Below, piece by piece: positions 1-13,202 of a stretch of DNA of 64,000 nt. This DNA comes from Octopus bimaculoides. Its lineage: Eukaryota. The stretch spans positions 166,269,378 through 166,333,377 of the forward strand of contig NC_068982.1 in the NCBI RefSeq assembly GCF_001194135.2, in the 5' to 3' direction. Under the pieces are notes generated by a model. The model worked only from the letters and a program-made list of their open reading frames with translations. It had not been told where the DNA came from and ran no database searches. Numbering within the stretch: position 1 is the stretch's first letter; each line of letters opens with the position of its first letter. A program made the position numbers and the translations under genes.

Positions 1-460
1 CAGTGTTATTTTAAAAGATTTCAAATCAACAAACTAAAAGAAACGAAAATTCAATTTTACGTAATTAGTCACATTGCATTTGTTTTCGTATTTTACTTAT
101 CTGATATGATCGATGACTTTCACTTTTCTTTTAAATAATGGCGTCCATGCATCAATCATGCCAATATGTTAACTAATGTTTTTAGGCATTGTTTGTAGTA
201 AGTCAAATTTATCGATTTATTTTCCTTAAGTGTAAGAGAATGTAACTGGAGTCAGTTTGCATAAATCAAACATTAAATGAATTGGAAATGTCCTATAACT
301 TCTAATGAGCCGTCTTACCTTGACCTATGACGTCATCATTGTGTAATGTGCCAATCGCAAGTCTGCATAGTCAGAAACTCACTCTCCTGCTCACTAACTT
401 CACTCAAAAATCGCAGCACACAAAGAAAGTTAAATACAACTTGACTATCGAATAAGATTT

Positions 461-1856
461 TCAAACTGATATTGCTCCTTTAGCATCAATTACCGCTTTT
501 ATACGGTTAGGCATTGAATCAACTAGTTTCTTGCAGGTGCTAGGCGCAATTTTACTCCATTCTTCTCTCAACTGTTGGTACAATTGCTCTTTAATTGTAG
601 TGTTCCTGATAGCTTCACCAAAAGTTTCCCATAGGTGTTCGATCAGATTTAGATCGGGACATTGAGTTGGCCCGTCCATGGGAACAATAATTTGTGTCGC
701 AAACCATTGACGAGTATTCATTGCTGTATGACATGGAGCGTTGTCCTGTTGAAAGATAAACTGTTTTCTGACACTCCTGGATCCAATTTAGCATTTGATG
801 GCTCTAAAATATTTGATAACATAGAAATTTAGGTGCTGAAATCATCTTTACCCGATATAAAAACATTTATCTGGGTCCTGTGGCAGACATGCAGGTCCAC
901 ACCATGATTTAACCGCCCCATGTTTCAGGTTGGTACCAGACATTCAGCCTTAAATGCTTCCCCAACTCTGCGACGCACGAAAGTTGCACCAGATGTGCCG
1001 AAAACCTGAGTAAAAACATGAAAAATAATATTAGCCTTATGCTGGATGTTTTTTTATATATTTGGGGCAACAAACCAGTTACATTAAGTTTATATGTTAA
1101 TCGAATACATGTACTATCTTACTTCATAGTTACTTTCATCAGACCATATGACTTTCAACCATTGCTCACTGGTCCAATTTGAGTAGTTTCTGGCCCACTG
1201 AAGACGTTTTTCCATATTCGCTTCAGAAACCCATGGCTTCTTCAGACCGTACTGTACAAGCCTTCTTCTAACAATTCTGGTTGATATTTGTGAAGTCCTT
1301 GCCTCGTTGAAGTCCGCACAGAGCTCCGATGTTTTTCTCCTGTTTCTGAGCGACTGACGGATGATGTATCTGTCATCACGAGGTGATCTAACCTGTTTTC
1401 TATCTGCTTTTTGTATTGTCATCACACCTTTTGTCTCTCTGAAGGGCTTGAGAGTTGTTTGCGCCGCACATGGAGAACATTTCATCTTCTGAGCAATTTG
1501 CCTTTGAGACATTCCATCTTCATGATGAGCTACGATCTGACCTCGCTCACACTCACTCAACTCCCTTGTTTTAGGCATTTTACTGTTTATTAACTGTACT
1601 ACAATGTATTTTAGCATAAAACTCTGAAATAATCAAGGAAACATAAGTTAATTTTAGACGTTGGTCTTACTCATAATTGGTTGCATATGTCCAGTACATT
1701 ATAAAAGTGGTAAATGATGCTAAAGGAGGGTCAACCAGATATTAAAACTAATGTATATTGTGAAATATACCATAATCTACCATGTACACGAGTTTCATTA
1801 ACATTGAGATAGCAGAACCCCAAAACATTGGGGTGACCTAATAATTTTGGCTAAGA

Positions 1857-1859
<3 letters not shown>
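461..1859 (-). mobile_element. Tc1-family (DD34E) DNA transposon, decayed, 3' TIR missing
   Basis: The minus strand gives an HTH N-terminus (MPKTRELSECERGQIV, ATG about 1578), first Asp WSDES, then QQDNAPCH and PDLNLIE with exactly 34 residues between D and E. There are stops and frameshifts around 800-930. One terminus (minus strand CAGTCTTAGCCAAAATTATTAGG) ends at 1859 against a TA that runs into (TA)n. No matching second TIR is visible in 1-460. Confidence 0.9.
1006..1122 (-). other. Spliceosomal (GT-AG) intron, phase 0, inside the Tc1 transposase
   Basis: Minus strand reads GAA|gtaagatag ... ggctaat...tattatttttcatgtttttactcag|GTT TTC GGC. Removing these 117 nt joins SDESNYE to VFGTSGATFVRRRVGE, matching the Tc1 consensus SDESxFxLFGSDGxxxVRR. 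Confidence 0.8.
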
Positions 1860-1900
<41 letters not shown>

Positions 1901-1983
1901 NNNNNNNNNNNNNNNNNNNNNNNNNNNNNNNNNNNNNNNNNNNNNNNNNNNNNNNNNNNNNNNNNNNNNNNNNNNNNNNNNNN

Positions 1984-2078
<95 letters not shown>
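1860..2078. repeat. (TA)n/(TG)n microsatellite with assembly gap 1901-1983
   Basis: Directly visible. Confidence 0.95.
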
Positions 2079-2079
<1 letters not shown>

Positions 2080-2500
2080 ATTTTCTTTCAGCAAATACGG
2101 GAGACAACTCTGACTAACATGTTGAAGACTAGAGTTTGATGAATACTAAAACATATTCAAAGTAGTAGTATCATTGAGTAGATGTGCAAAAATTTACACT
2201 AATAAGCATAGAAAACTAGATCTGTTTAATGGATAAATTACAAAAATGTTATCAATACGAAAAACAAGGCTGTATCAATATATGTTATGAGGAACCATTA
2301 AAACGTTAACTGGAGATAATTATGCAATCAGAGAAATAAAACAATTTATTAAATAGCTATTATTTAAATTCTTTTAGCAAGTGCAGCGGCAATTCCGGAC
2401 ACGTTTTAGCCGTACAAATTGCTGAATAACCAGCGATTGGCAGCTTGTCCTCAGAGCTGTTTGTGACTTGAGATATTTCACATTCAAATGATCCAGTCTA

Positions 2501-3030
2501 TATAAGGAGGTGCTGGAAAGTTCCTGACTTTGGGTAAAAGAAAATACAGGAGGATCAGTTAATTATGATTTTATTCAACATATTCTCCTCTCAGATTCAC
2601 GCACTCATTGCAGCTGTCCTTTAGTTTTTCTAAGCCCTGTAAAAAGAACTTGGAAGATTCGAACTTCAGACAGGCCTCTGTAGAAGTGATCATCTCCGAA
2701 TCGGAGTGAAATTTCGTTCCCTTGAGATGTTTCTTCAGTTGTGGAAAGAGGTGATAAAGTCGGAGTCCAAGTCAGGAGAGTAAGGTGAGGGGTCTATCAA
2801 TTTGAAGCCTAAGTCGCGTATTTTCCATAGCGTTCCATGTGTTGTGTGTGCTGGTGCAATGTCCTGGACACCACGGCGTTTCTGCTTCAAAGCTTCCTGC
2901 AGTTTGCCCAACAGAGACCTGTAGTATTTATCGGGGCTTTCCACTGTCCTGATAACACATCCACCGTGCTACCCTTGTGTATTGTTCAGGGCTGGAGGTT
3001 CGAAATTCTTCCTTGGGGAGGTTGTGTTAA
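2501..3030 (-). mobile_element. mariner transposon 3' fragment
   Basis: ORF 2735-2944 has QDIAPAH and PSPYSPDLDSDF (mariner YSPDL motif). A TIR-like end (aaggaggtgctggaaagttcctgactttggg) starts at about 2503. Confidence 0.8.
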
Positions 3031-3049
3031 ATTGGATAAGTGAGAGATA

Positions 3050-4500
3050 CGTCTTTTGCATCGTTGAAATATAAAGTTTATCGGAAATAAGAAATATTGT
3101 TTTGTCCTTTTCCATGCTGTATAAAATGTAATCCCATTTCTTTCCCTATCTGTGCTTCGTTCGGATATTCCTTGCGTATGCCGCATAAGTATTTGAGAAT
3201 TTTGCTACTAGTAGGAATTGCTGCGAATTTCATTTCGTTCACGTCAGAAGCTGGTTCCTCGTAACAGGACATTGGTTCTCCTTCATGAAATATGGTTTCT
3301 TTAGCGGAGAAAGCCTTTTTTCTTTCGTTGGGTCATTTTTGTGTTTGTTTTAGGAACTCTTAATCCTTTGGCCTTCTTTTTCGCAAATGAATGGTATGAT
3401 ACTGGTATCAAGGAATATTTTCAAGTGGTCCTTAGCTACTAACGGCTGTAATTACTGTTGTGGGTGGCTCTCCTTGACTTATCTGGTACTGGTTTGAAGA
3501 AACGGCTTTTGGGTCTCATGGCTTGCTAACGAATTGTGTCTGATGTCACCCCTCGGACCAACGTTGTCTACGTTTTATTATTGTTGGTGGTTGTTTTGCG
3601 TTTTCTGAGCAGAAAGCATTTAGACTACATTTACTGCAACATATATAACAGCTGAATCATCTACCTTAGATCCTAAGTCTTAAGGTCTTCTTTCCAGTAC
3701 CCTCTATAGAACATAGATCTGGTATTGTTTTGTGGTTTTGCGAGGTCATTAGGTCTTGTATATCCATGGTGATCCCACCACACATCTCTCCAAATATATC
3801 ATCTGCAAAGATGTAATCTTTGGCATGATATGTGGAGATATCATCATGATGTGAGGAACAAGCTTTCGGATAGGTGTATCACGTACTATTTGGACTTCGG
3901 CCTTCATCCTGTCCTTTTGTCAACCGCTGTAATACATGCGAGTATTTTTGCTAAGAACTCCTAAAACCTTTTCGCTCCCAGAAGAGACTAATAAAACACG
4001 TCTACTTCGTCAGCAGCGAATAAGAAGAAGAACGGAATTATGTCTTTATTTCATAAATCTTAGGATGCATATATGTTTCAAGTAATCTTCGTGCATTCTG
4101 GCAAACACTTCAAATCTCTTCATGTCTGTTCCATGATAGCATCGTGGTCTGTTTAAGAACCCTTGATCTAGACATGAAAGACTATCGAAATTATAGTGAG
4201 ACTAGTTTGGATTTACAAGCTTTGTTGCTGTAGGACTACTACAATCACGATGCAGTTTGAACGATAAAATTAAGGTCAATGTAGTAGCCTTTAACCGATA
4301 TATTGTTCTATTGACTCAATCAAATTCAATACATTTTAATAAGCTGGAATTTGTTTTGTTTCCTTCAATAGAAAATCTTTACTTTTGAGTTTTGTTTCTT
4401 GTATTTCTTTTTCGGTTTTCTCTTCCTCGATCGATTCATTTTGCTTTATAAAAGAGATGCTAAGACAATGTTATTTCAGTGGGGAAATTCCAAGAACACT
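3050..4500 (-). mobile_element. possible highly degraded Penelope-like element 5' ORF relic
   Basis: The minus strand is strongly A-rich with patchy peptides (EGTGKKTLRLR, ICEKEGQRIK) resembling the N-terminal region of the PLE at 26.8 kb. No RT motif was found. Confidence 0.3.
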
Positions 4501-6344
4501 GTTAAAACTGATTAAGTCTAGTTTATTTGTGCGTTACCATTTTATATTTCTCATTTAATATTCAGGACTTAGCTTCAAGCTGTGACCCAAGATCATTATA
4601 CGACGCCCTTCACTATATCAACGATTTTTTCTCATAGTGTTTCGCATGATTAAATTGTCATAGAAACCCTTCTGTACTATGAATGCGTGAGTGTGTTTAT
4701 TATGTGAAAGTACGCGATGTGTTTTTATTGTTTATGAGTACGTATGATTACGAAAAACATTGTGTATATATACGTGTGTGTGTGTGTAATATATATATAT
4801 ATATATTAGTTTTTGTGCGTGTGTGTTTTATTCCTTAATAATCGAAAACTCGGTTCAAATCTTCTAACATTTTGCGATTTACGATCATTATAAAATCGAT
4901 TTATCATAAACTATATATTTTATGTGATTATCTTACAGCTCTTAATTGTTGAATGATATTTAGCGAATACGTTTTTTATGGTTTTATATTGGCGTCAAAA
5001 TTTATAGCGAGACCACAGTGGAATAATTATATTCCTTTTAATTCACAAAAAAATTCTTAATATAACACAGAAGTGCAGACTTTTAATACGGAAGAAAATT
5101 ACTTTATTTCGAAGAATCTGCTGTATTTTTTCAGAATTGTAATAGCACTAAATCGAAATTGCTTGGAACATTTTCAAAAGCTTTATAAATACAAATATAC
5201 ATGCGCTTTCAGGATGTGTGTGTGTGATATTGATTTCATGTTAGATGTCTTCTCTTGAAAATGCATATAATATTTAATTCCTACCCAATTATATGTATGT
5301 ATATAAAATTAATAATGCCTAATGTTGCCAAAAATGCAAATTTCATGCTCAACTATGAAAATCTTTATAAAATCCGGAAACAACTGAAGAAATTACAGAA
5401 AGTCGAATGTCAAAACTTTAGTATTTGCCTTGCAGCAAATATAGTCCACAATATAGGCAGTGTGCCAATAATTCTGCAGAATCTTACTACTGTATATTCC
5501 CAAAAGCTTTCACTGCATTATTTGACATTTTCGAAGATTACAATAATTCACCATGAGAAAATTACATTCTAGTCTTATCATTGAACTAGTTCAAATCCCA
5601 CCAGAGTTGACTTTGACATTCTGTCTCTGCGGAATCGATAAACTGAGTACCAGGCATGTGCTAAAATCAATAAAATCGATTATATTATACTCATTTCCTA
5701 AATCAAAAGTGTGACTTTGTTTCAATTTAAGAAACATTATTGCAAATGAAATTTGCATATCTGCTTTATTCTCTTTATTCTTTTGTTTCTACTATTTTGT
5801 AGTCGCTATTTTTTCATTTTTATTTCTTTTTTATGGCTCAACGGTTGACTTTATAAAAAATTTCCTAAGTCCTAGGTTCGATTCTACCGTGCAGGAGTCT
5901 TCTACAGTTTTGACTCGATCCGAATAAGGGAAACCTTATCCAACAGGAATACTTGGACTCTGGGTGCGTTTAGCAAAGTTCGTTCTGTTGTAAGCGCTTG
6001 TACTAGGCCTCCTGCCTGAAGATAACTTAATTTCTTATTGCTGTAATCAGCAGCAACTCGTAAAACGGAGTTCCTTACACTATTTTCTTGAACTTCTGTA
6101 AAAAGCTAAAGTTCTTTCTTTCTCTTATGACTAAGCCATAAGAACAATCTCTTATCTCAGTTTCGAAATTGAATCACGAACTCAGTTCATTGGAAATTTA
6201 CCAACCTCTTGTCCTACGGTACTCATACAGTCAGAAGTTTGTATTTTTATAAGACCAAAAGAAAAAAAAACGGAGTAGGCTAAATTGAATTCAATTAATA
6301 TTAATATTTGACTGCTACTACTTCATCGGCTCTGAAAGGATTTA

Positions 6345-6430
6345 AGAGCAAAGTAGCTCTCGACGGAATTTGAACTCAGAAGATAAAGGGTGAAACTAAA
6401 TACCGCAAGGCATTTTATCCGGCGCTTTAC
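6345..6430 (-). mobile_element. fragment of SINE family X (head of the 54645-54849 family)
   Basis: cgacggaatttgaactcagaa...aaataccgcaaggcatttt is the reverse complement of the 54645 head region. Confidence 0.65.
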
Positions 6431-6824
6431 ATATTCAGTTAATCACCACTTACCAGAAAATAATAAAGAGAAAAATATTTTTAAATCTATCATACAACGA
6501 CAAATTCATAGAATTGTATGAGATAAAGTGATGTCCATGTTTATCTCGAGAGCATTAGTGGTGTTAGTGAACAAAGTTTAACAAAAGTCTTTCAAATATT
6601 TGCAGAACATATCATGCGATATAAACTGTTTATAAAATTTTTAATGATTCTGCTCAAGCAACATCGATTATACTTAAATGCGCGCTCACACACACACACG
6701 CACACACTGTCAAAGCTCTAACAATTTTATCCTTTTGACAAAAATTCGCGAAAGAAATCAATATCGGCTACACATACACAAATCAAGTGTAGATACAGTA
6801 ATGAGTGTAAAATTGTGTTTGTAT

Positions 6825-6855
<31 letters not shown>

Positions 6856-6883
6856 TCTCTTTCTCACACACACNNNNNNNNNN

Positions 6884-6923
<40 letters not shown>

Positions 6924-7899
6924 GTATTATACTCGCATCATATTTTTAATGGTGATACACCTCTATGACTAATTCTAGGAAACTGAAACCTGTACAAGAG
7001 TGATCGCACACGTGTTTATGGTCGTGATTTTGTTTCTTTACTTTTAACTCTATTCCAGTGAAATGCTTTGTTCCACTCTCAATTTCTTTAGCATCAAATT
7101 CTTACGACTTACAGATTATAATGTGCGTGCATGTATGAGTGAGATTTATGTGTATGTGTGTGAAATGTGTTCTAATATATTTCAGTTCTGTATAAAACAC
7201 AAAAGCAACGTTTTAGATTGATTATGGAATTAGTGGATATCCAGCCAGACTAATAAAGGTAGGCGTGATCTCGTGACTGAGGAATTTCGATATTTCTAGT
7301 CTAGCAACAAAAAGCTATTGAATGTATAAAATCGCTATGAATGGACTGTGCGAAAGTATGCTAAATGGTGAAAGTTACAGTTAAACATTTTCAGAAAAGC
7401 TACAACTAACCAGGTTCGTTTACTTTTGAGGTCAGTATATGATACATTCTTTTCCTCCGCCAAACTTCAGCAATATGACTTGAACATCATGACACCTGCC
7501 ATAGACGCAGCAAGCGTGTGTCATTGAGTCCTCAATCTTTTCTTTTGCACAACAATCATGTTTCCAATGACTTAGCAGGAGCATTTAGCCAACAATGTAT
7601 CATAGACATACAAGTGACAAAATTTTGCTTGTCTCACTGGAAACGGGAAAATGACAAAAGGACTTCAGAAAACTAGTAACTGCATCAGATTAATTTATAG
7701 AAAGTTAAATGATTATAAAATGCATTTCATTTTGTTAGCGTATATGGTCGCTTTTAAATCTTCTCTTGAAAACGTACCTGCCGTGACAACAAGGTTATGG
7801 GTATAATGCTAGTGCATTCAATGAAGATTTGGCGGCTTCGTTCCGTAGAAATTAATAATAATATAAGCAAGGAAGACTACAAAGACCCTTTAAGTGTTT

Positions 7900-8200
7900 T
7901 ACTTAAAGGTACCTCGGAACTCAAGGATTCGAATGTTAGGCTGTATTCGGACGTCATTGAATCGTAGGAAGAAGTTTAGATTCCGTTCTGTGAATATAAA
8001 GACACGTAAGGAAAGCGGGGGGGGGATCATCCTTAACTTGTAAGAAAAATAAGATATCTGCAGGGCGTAGTCAAGATGGGTGTTCACATAGCTTGACAAT
8101 GTATTTTCATCGTAAACAGGGAGATGGAGAGCTGGAAGAACCCCCAGAATGTTACCCGTTTTGTTGTGGCCGTAGATTCAGGACATTGACAGTATAAAAG
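7900..8200 (-). mobile_element. possible CR1/L2-type RT C-terminal relic
   Basis: Minus-frame YVNTHLDYALQ...TERNLNFF resembles the CR1-clade motif YVRPHLEYAxQ...ERLxxL. Confidence 0.35.
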
Positions 8201-10207
8201 ATTGCATCCCTAGAAAGAATAATATCGTCAAAAATTGCAGAAATTTTTACCATATCCTGTTCCCGATCGATGAAGAGAATGTCCTGCAGCAGAAGTTACA
8301 TGCAAAGTTCCAACTAAATTATGTATGAATATGCGTATGACCAATTTTCTGCAAAACCCTTCTTTTTCTTTCGCCTATTTAAAGATCACAACTGACTTCT
8401 TTCTTTCTTACCTTTGCTTCTTTTAAAGGGACAAACCTCGTCATCAATGAGCATATTTATCCGACTTCTTTTGGCCAATACGCATATGCATCACTGACTT
8501 TTATATATTTTTATATGCATACACACACACTCAAACATATATACTCATGTGAACTTGTGTATAAACAGTGTTGGTTAGCGTATATTAAATTCGTTTCTTC
8601 CTATTCTTGTGCATCTCTTATCTTTTGCGTGTCTCTAGCATCTCTTCACTCTCTTTCACGTTCTTTCCGTGGTGAAGATATTCTAAATCGAACCGAACTG
8701 TAGATGAATTATTCAACACCTCAATAAATCATGGTGGAAATGTCATTAACCCTTTATCACAATCAATATGAAATGCTAAGGCGCCAGATCTCATACGGGG
8801 CGCTTTTATCAATCCAATAATTATATAATGATCTCTCAATTTAGATTTAAGTATGTGAAAAGTAGTGCATGTAGTTAGGATTAGGAGTTTGATTGTATAC
8901 AACAATTTAGGCAGCGTTAATCATGTTTACTGCTCCAATATTCACAAATAATCGTAATACGCTTGAACATAGTGACGAAAAGTGATTGGTAGCATCTTTA
9001 TATCTTATCTATCTATCGATATAGCTGTTTATCCATTTACAAAATTTACCATCTTTATATCTTTATCTATTCATCCATCTATCCACCAACCTGTCTATAC
9101 TTATACCTACCAAGCTATATCTTTGTATAGATTTCCACCAGTTGTCTCAACCATCTATCTATCTCTTTCACCATCACTTCATCTATCCTGCTTGCCAGTC
9201 TTCTATTTATCAATCCTTAGAAGGAAACTAATGCAGGGAAGCAAGTATATAACCTTGATTAAGCTGTCTTGATAATAAATCTCTCTTGATCATCAATATT
9301 GGATGTGTTTGCACTGTTTCATGACGTTCTGTTTGAATGTATGCATGTGGGGGTGATGTAGCTTTACATCATAGACTTCCAAGATGTATTACATTAACAT
9401 CTTTCACTAATATGACTGGCATTTTCAATGAAGAGACTTTGTGTTAACTCATGGAACGAATAAGTAATTTAATTATCTGAGAGTAATAAAGCATTAATTT
9501 CAGGACTGCACGACTTCTCAGCTATAAGAATATACATAAAAGATAATTAGTCTTGTTAAGATTGCATTTCTATAGAGTAAAGCAAATTGATGTGATGATA
9601 GCCATGCGTTTCTCAAGAAACATGTATTAATCCTTTCACTGACCTGGGGAATTCAAGGGATAGGCTGCTAGAGACAAATCTTATGAGGTACGTCCTATCA
9701 CAGGTCACTTTTCCACAGGTTGATTTGAACACGGTACTATAAGCCAATAAAAATACTCAAATCTGTAGTAAAGCTGCTGCTTAAAACAGATTACTGTACA
9801 TATCCGCTCTTCTTTTACAACTCAAATAACAAAATGATTTAATCAACCAACACAGTCTGATTATTTTCTAATTGGTTTAAAATTATACTAGAAATATGAG
9901 TAAATTACTGAAATCAAAAGAATAGCTATTTTGAAGTTTAAGCGAACTATATTGGTTTGCTTTAAAGAAAAGTCTAACGCAGTGATTTCTAAACAGTTTG
10001 CTACAAGAGGTATCTAAATGCGTAGTGGGATTTCAAAAATAATATTTTAAGACTTTATAAAATCCATATGACGAGTATGCTTGAACGTCATGAAAAACGT
10101 TATTCATAAGACTGTTATATACAAGCATGATCAATAAAACAAGGATAGCGTTATTTTTCTACATTTTTTTAACTTCAAAACAGATTCTTAACTTTCCATA
10201 CCGAGGG

Positions 10208-10211
<4 letters not shown>

Positions 10212-10282
<71 letters not shown>
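10212..10282. repeat. (TA)n microsatellite at the 3' end of the PLE
   Basis: Directly visible. Confidence 0.95.
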
Positions 10283-10288
<6 letters not shown>

Positions 10289-10289
10289 T

Positions 10290-11930
10290 AATACAAATAA
10301 TATGTGAGTATATGCATATATACGTACATGTATATATAGATGCATATCTGGGTACAGGACATCACAAAGAAACGTGGACAAAATGAAAAACGAGAACATA
10401 GAGCACGGAAAGCGAACTTTTTTTCGGACAACGGTAGGAACACACAGGAAAACAGACAGGCCACATAGAGAACATTTCCTTCATCAGCTGCCCCTATTCT
10501 AAACTAAAACCAGTGCTATACAAGGTTCGAAAGACTGAGAACTACTCTTCTAACGTTTAAGAAACTTTCGTCGAGAAATGTTGTTTTCTGATGCTATCGA
10601 ATGAATGGGTTGGGAGTAGTGAGAGGAGGAAACAATAAGATAGTAAAGAATTGAGGAGGAGGCTATTGCAGCGAGAAACAAGTGTTAAGGGGACGGTGGA
10701 TTCAGAAAGAAGATAATCATCACAAATTTGAAAAATGGAGTTAAGGTCAAGAGATCATAAGAAAAAAATATAATGGATGTCGTGAAGCTGAAAACGTGAT
10801 AGGTAGATCGAGTAGGAGAATGTGAGTTATCATTATTGCCAACTGATGAAGTTTTTGGAGTAAAAGGAGTATGTTTATCTTTCCACTTGCCGACATGGAG
10901 CGAACTATAGTGTAAAGTGAGTACGCAATCTTAGAGGTTGTCCAAAGAATAATCTGATGAATTAAAATGTCTTGCCACGGGTTTGGAGAGTACTTGCATG
11001 TCATCGTAAACTTCGAGGAGGCACTCGGGGAAGCGATCGCCTAAAGGACGTCGATTTTACCCATGTGCAGTGATTTGCAGAATTTACAGGTGAAAAAGGA
11101 AATAATTTTAGCAGTGATTTGGGGCAAGTTATGTGTAGCATATACAACGGGAGTATTTGAAGATGAGTATAATTTACAAGAGGTCAAAAGGAGTTGTCCA
11201 AAGTTTGTAGTCAGAAAGTCAGAAGGAAGGAAGTGGAAGTTGCGGAGAATATCCTGTTCAAGCAGCAAAGGTGACGACTGAATATAGTAGGCGACTGAAT
11301 ACTCCCTTTGGGCGTGTAAAATAAGTGCTGAGGCTCTATAAGTGACCTGTTACCAGCTGCGCACAGCGTTAATTGTTAAGTCAAGAATTTTTCATGCGAG
11401 GAAAATTGATTCATCTATTCGGATTTGGAAACGAAATTAGAATCCTCGCTGCATAATCGTCAGAGATGGAGGTGACAGTTTTAGAGCAAGATGAACATTC
11501 GAGGTAGGAGTGTTAACCAGTAAGTTTATATTGCACTGCATTCGATATAAAGGCTACAGAAAGTGACAAATGCGCTGGTGATGTTTGAAGTATATTCTAC
11601 AGTAGATTGAAAGGTATTGATATATAAGATGAAGACCGTAAATTCATCTCTGGAGAACGAAGTAGCATCGGTACATTCGTCAATGTAAGGACCGTTTATG
11701 TCCCGGGTGGATTTGGTGGATTGGGAAAACATCTGAGCCTCAGTACAGCTTACAAAAGGTTAGCGTAACTGGAGCCCATCTTGGTTCCCTTAGATATATT
11801 GGTGGCTTGCTGGTAGAACTTACCGGACGAGGAACAGTTTAGAGTAAGAACGAGTTAGGTGAAAAAGAGAGGAGCTGCTAAATTCAGGTGAGGGACTGAG
11901 ATTGACGAATATAGAAAATACTTGTTTGAT
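10290..11930 (-). mobile_element. Penelope-like retroelement, 5'-truncated and decayed (RT motifs 4-7, GIY-YIG, 3' UTR)
   Basis: Minus-strand peptides: LVLTLNC...GKFYQQ...KGTKMGSSYANL (RT4, about 11750-11850) and PYIDEC...SRDEFTVFILYINTF (YIDD region, ORF 11526-11732). The GIY-YIG domain reads TCKFCKSLHMGK / RPLGDRF...SKPVARHFNSSDYSL (about 10930-11090). Confidence 0.85.
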
Positions 11931-12394
11931 TTGGTGGACCTGGTAGTTAAAAACTAAAGTTCTAAGTCATGGTCATTGTAAAATGAGAGAGATATGATAC
12001 GAACCCTCTTTTCATCTGACCATTTATAATTTCTCAAAGTTAGTGGATTGAAATAAAACGCCTACAATTGCGAAAAGTAACTGGCGATCGTTCAAGAGCT
12101 TACTTACATTCTACGGAGTTTGCTGCAACTAAATTTTCCATTTTATATAAATATAAGTAATCATACAGTGAAAATTGCTCTAATCCTTTATCTATTTATT
12201 TAAACATAACACTGAACAAAATATCACAAACTTTTATAACGTGCATATATACTTTAAATAACCAAAGCTTTTCACCCACCTATTCTGGATCAAAGAATAT
12301 TCTAAAGAAAACTAAAACTCCGATAGTTCAAATTTTGTGTGTGAATTCCGTGTACATCTAGTACGCCTTGAATGATATCTGTGCGTGGAAGATA

Positions 12395-13202
12395 CAGGGT
12401 GCGGTGAATAACCTGTCGTCTAAATGATGTAAAATGAAAATAACACTGACATTTCATTTTAAGATATATCTACCAAACTTACATAAAATATCTTGAAATA
12501 CTAAAGAGTAAATGTTTTCAATAGCATCGCCATTGGCTTCAACCACGGCCTCCAGTCGACTTTGGAATCTCCTGCAGCTCTTCTCGATGGTCTCCTTGTT
12601 TAAGGTGGTAAATACTGCCATAATCCTTGCCTTCAGTTCATCTTTAGTGTTACAAGGAGTTTTGTTGGTCTCTCGTTCAACTGCGCCCCACGCATAATAA
12701 TCAGTCTGGGGAGTTAGGTGGCCAGATGTTAGGGATGATGCGGTATAGTGCAGAGTCCTGTTTCCAGACATAGGGTCTTCCAGGGCAGCACTATCTCCTC
12801 CAGGCACTTGATATAGGCCTCCGTGTTGACTGTGAGGCCGTGTGGGAAGATAAATGGAGGCATAACGTTGCCATCACTAGTAATTATTCCAAACACCATG
12901 ATGCTGACTTCGTAATCACCATTAGTCTCTTTCAACTCTTTCCGAATCGTTCTGCACTGTCCTCAGATTGACACCCAAACACTCTGAAATGTTCGTATTG
13001 GAGCTTACGACGCGAATGCCAAGCAGTAAAGCATGTCGTTTCCAAATTTCTGGCAGAGTGAATTGTGTCATGGTGCTGTTTTTCTCACAGATGGTGCCCA
13101 GCTGACCCAACTATACTGTGTAGTCGACAAAGTCAAAATCAAACAATGCGCATGCACGAAATTAAAAATATAAAATGGAGACAATTTACCCATCGCATCC
13201 TG
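12395..13202 (-). mobile_element. Tc1/mariner element (maT/DD37D-like), internally deleted
   Basis: Imperfect TIRs (cagggtgcggtgaataacctgtc versus reverse complement caggatgcgatgggtaaattgtc, about 18/24) with TA at the left end. Peptides include MVFGIITSDGNVMPPFIFPHG and DYYAWGAVERETNKTPCNTKDELKARI...VVEANGD. Confidence 0.85.

Noticed and set aside
1798-2107. ORF-track proteins made of YI/HT/CV/SL/RE repeats or X runs (also at about 10.2, 18.9, 20-21, 30.1-30.8, 34.4-35.3, 37.3, 53, 54.2, 57.6 and 59.4 kb)
   Set aside because: They are translations of microsatellites and N gaps, not genes.
5835-5895. tRNA-like segment with B box ggttcgattc (similar remnants on the minus strand at about 24501-24565, 35985-36045 and 46560-46630)
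   Set aside because: No complete cloverleaf or intact A box can be drawn. These are best explained as decayed SINE heads, not tRNA genes.
8120-8195. Plus-strand exon-like frame GDGELEEPPECYPFCCGRRF, reminiscent of a Nav/Cav II-III linker
   Set aside because: The similarity is short and there are no companion channel exons. The opposite strand is explained about as well by a CR1-type RT relic.
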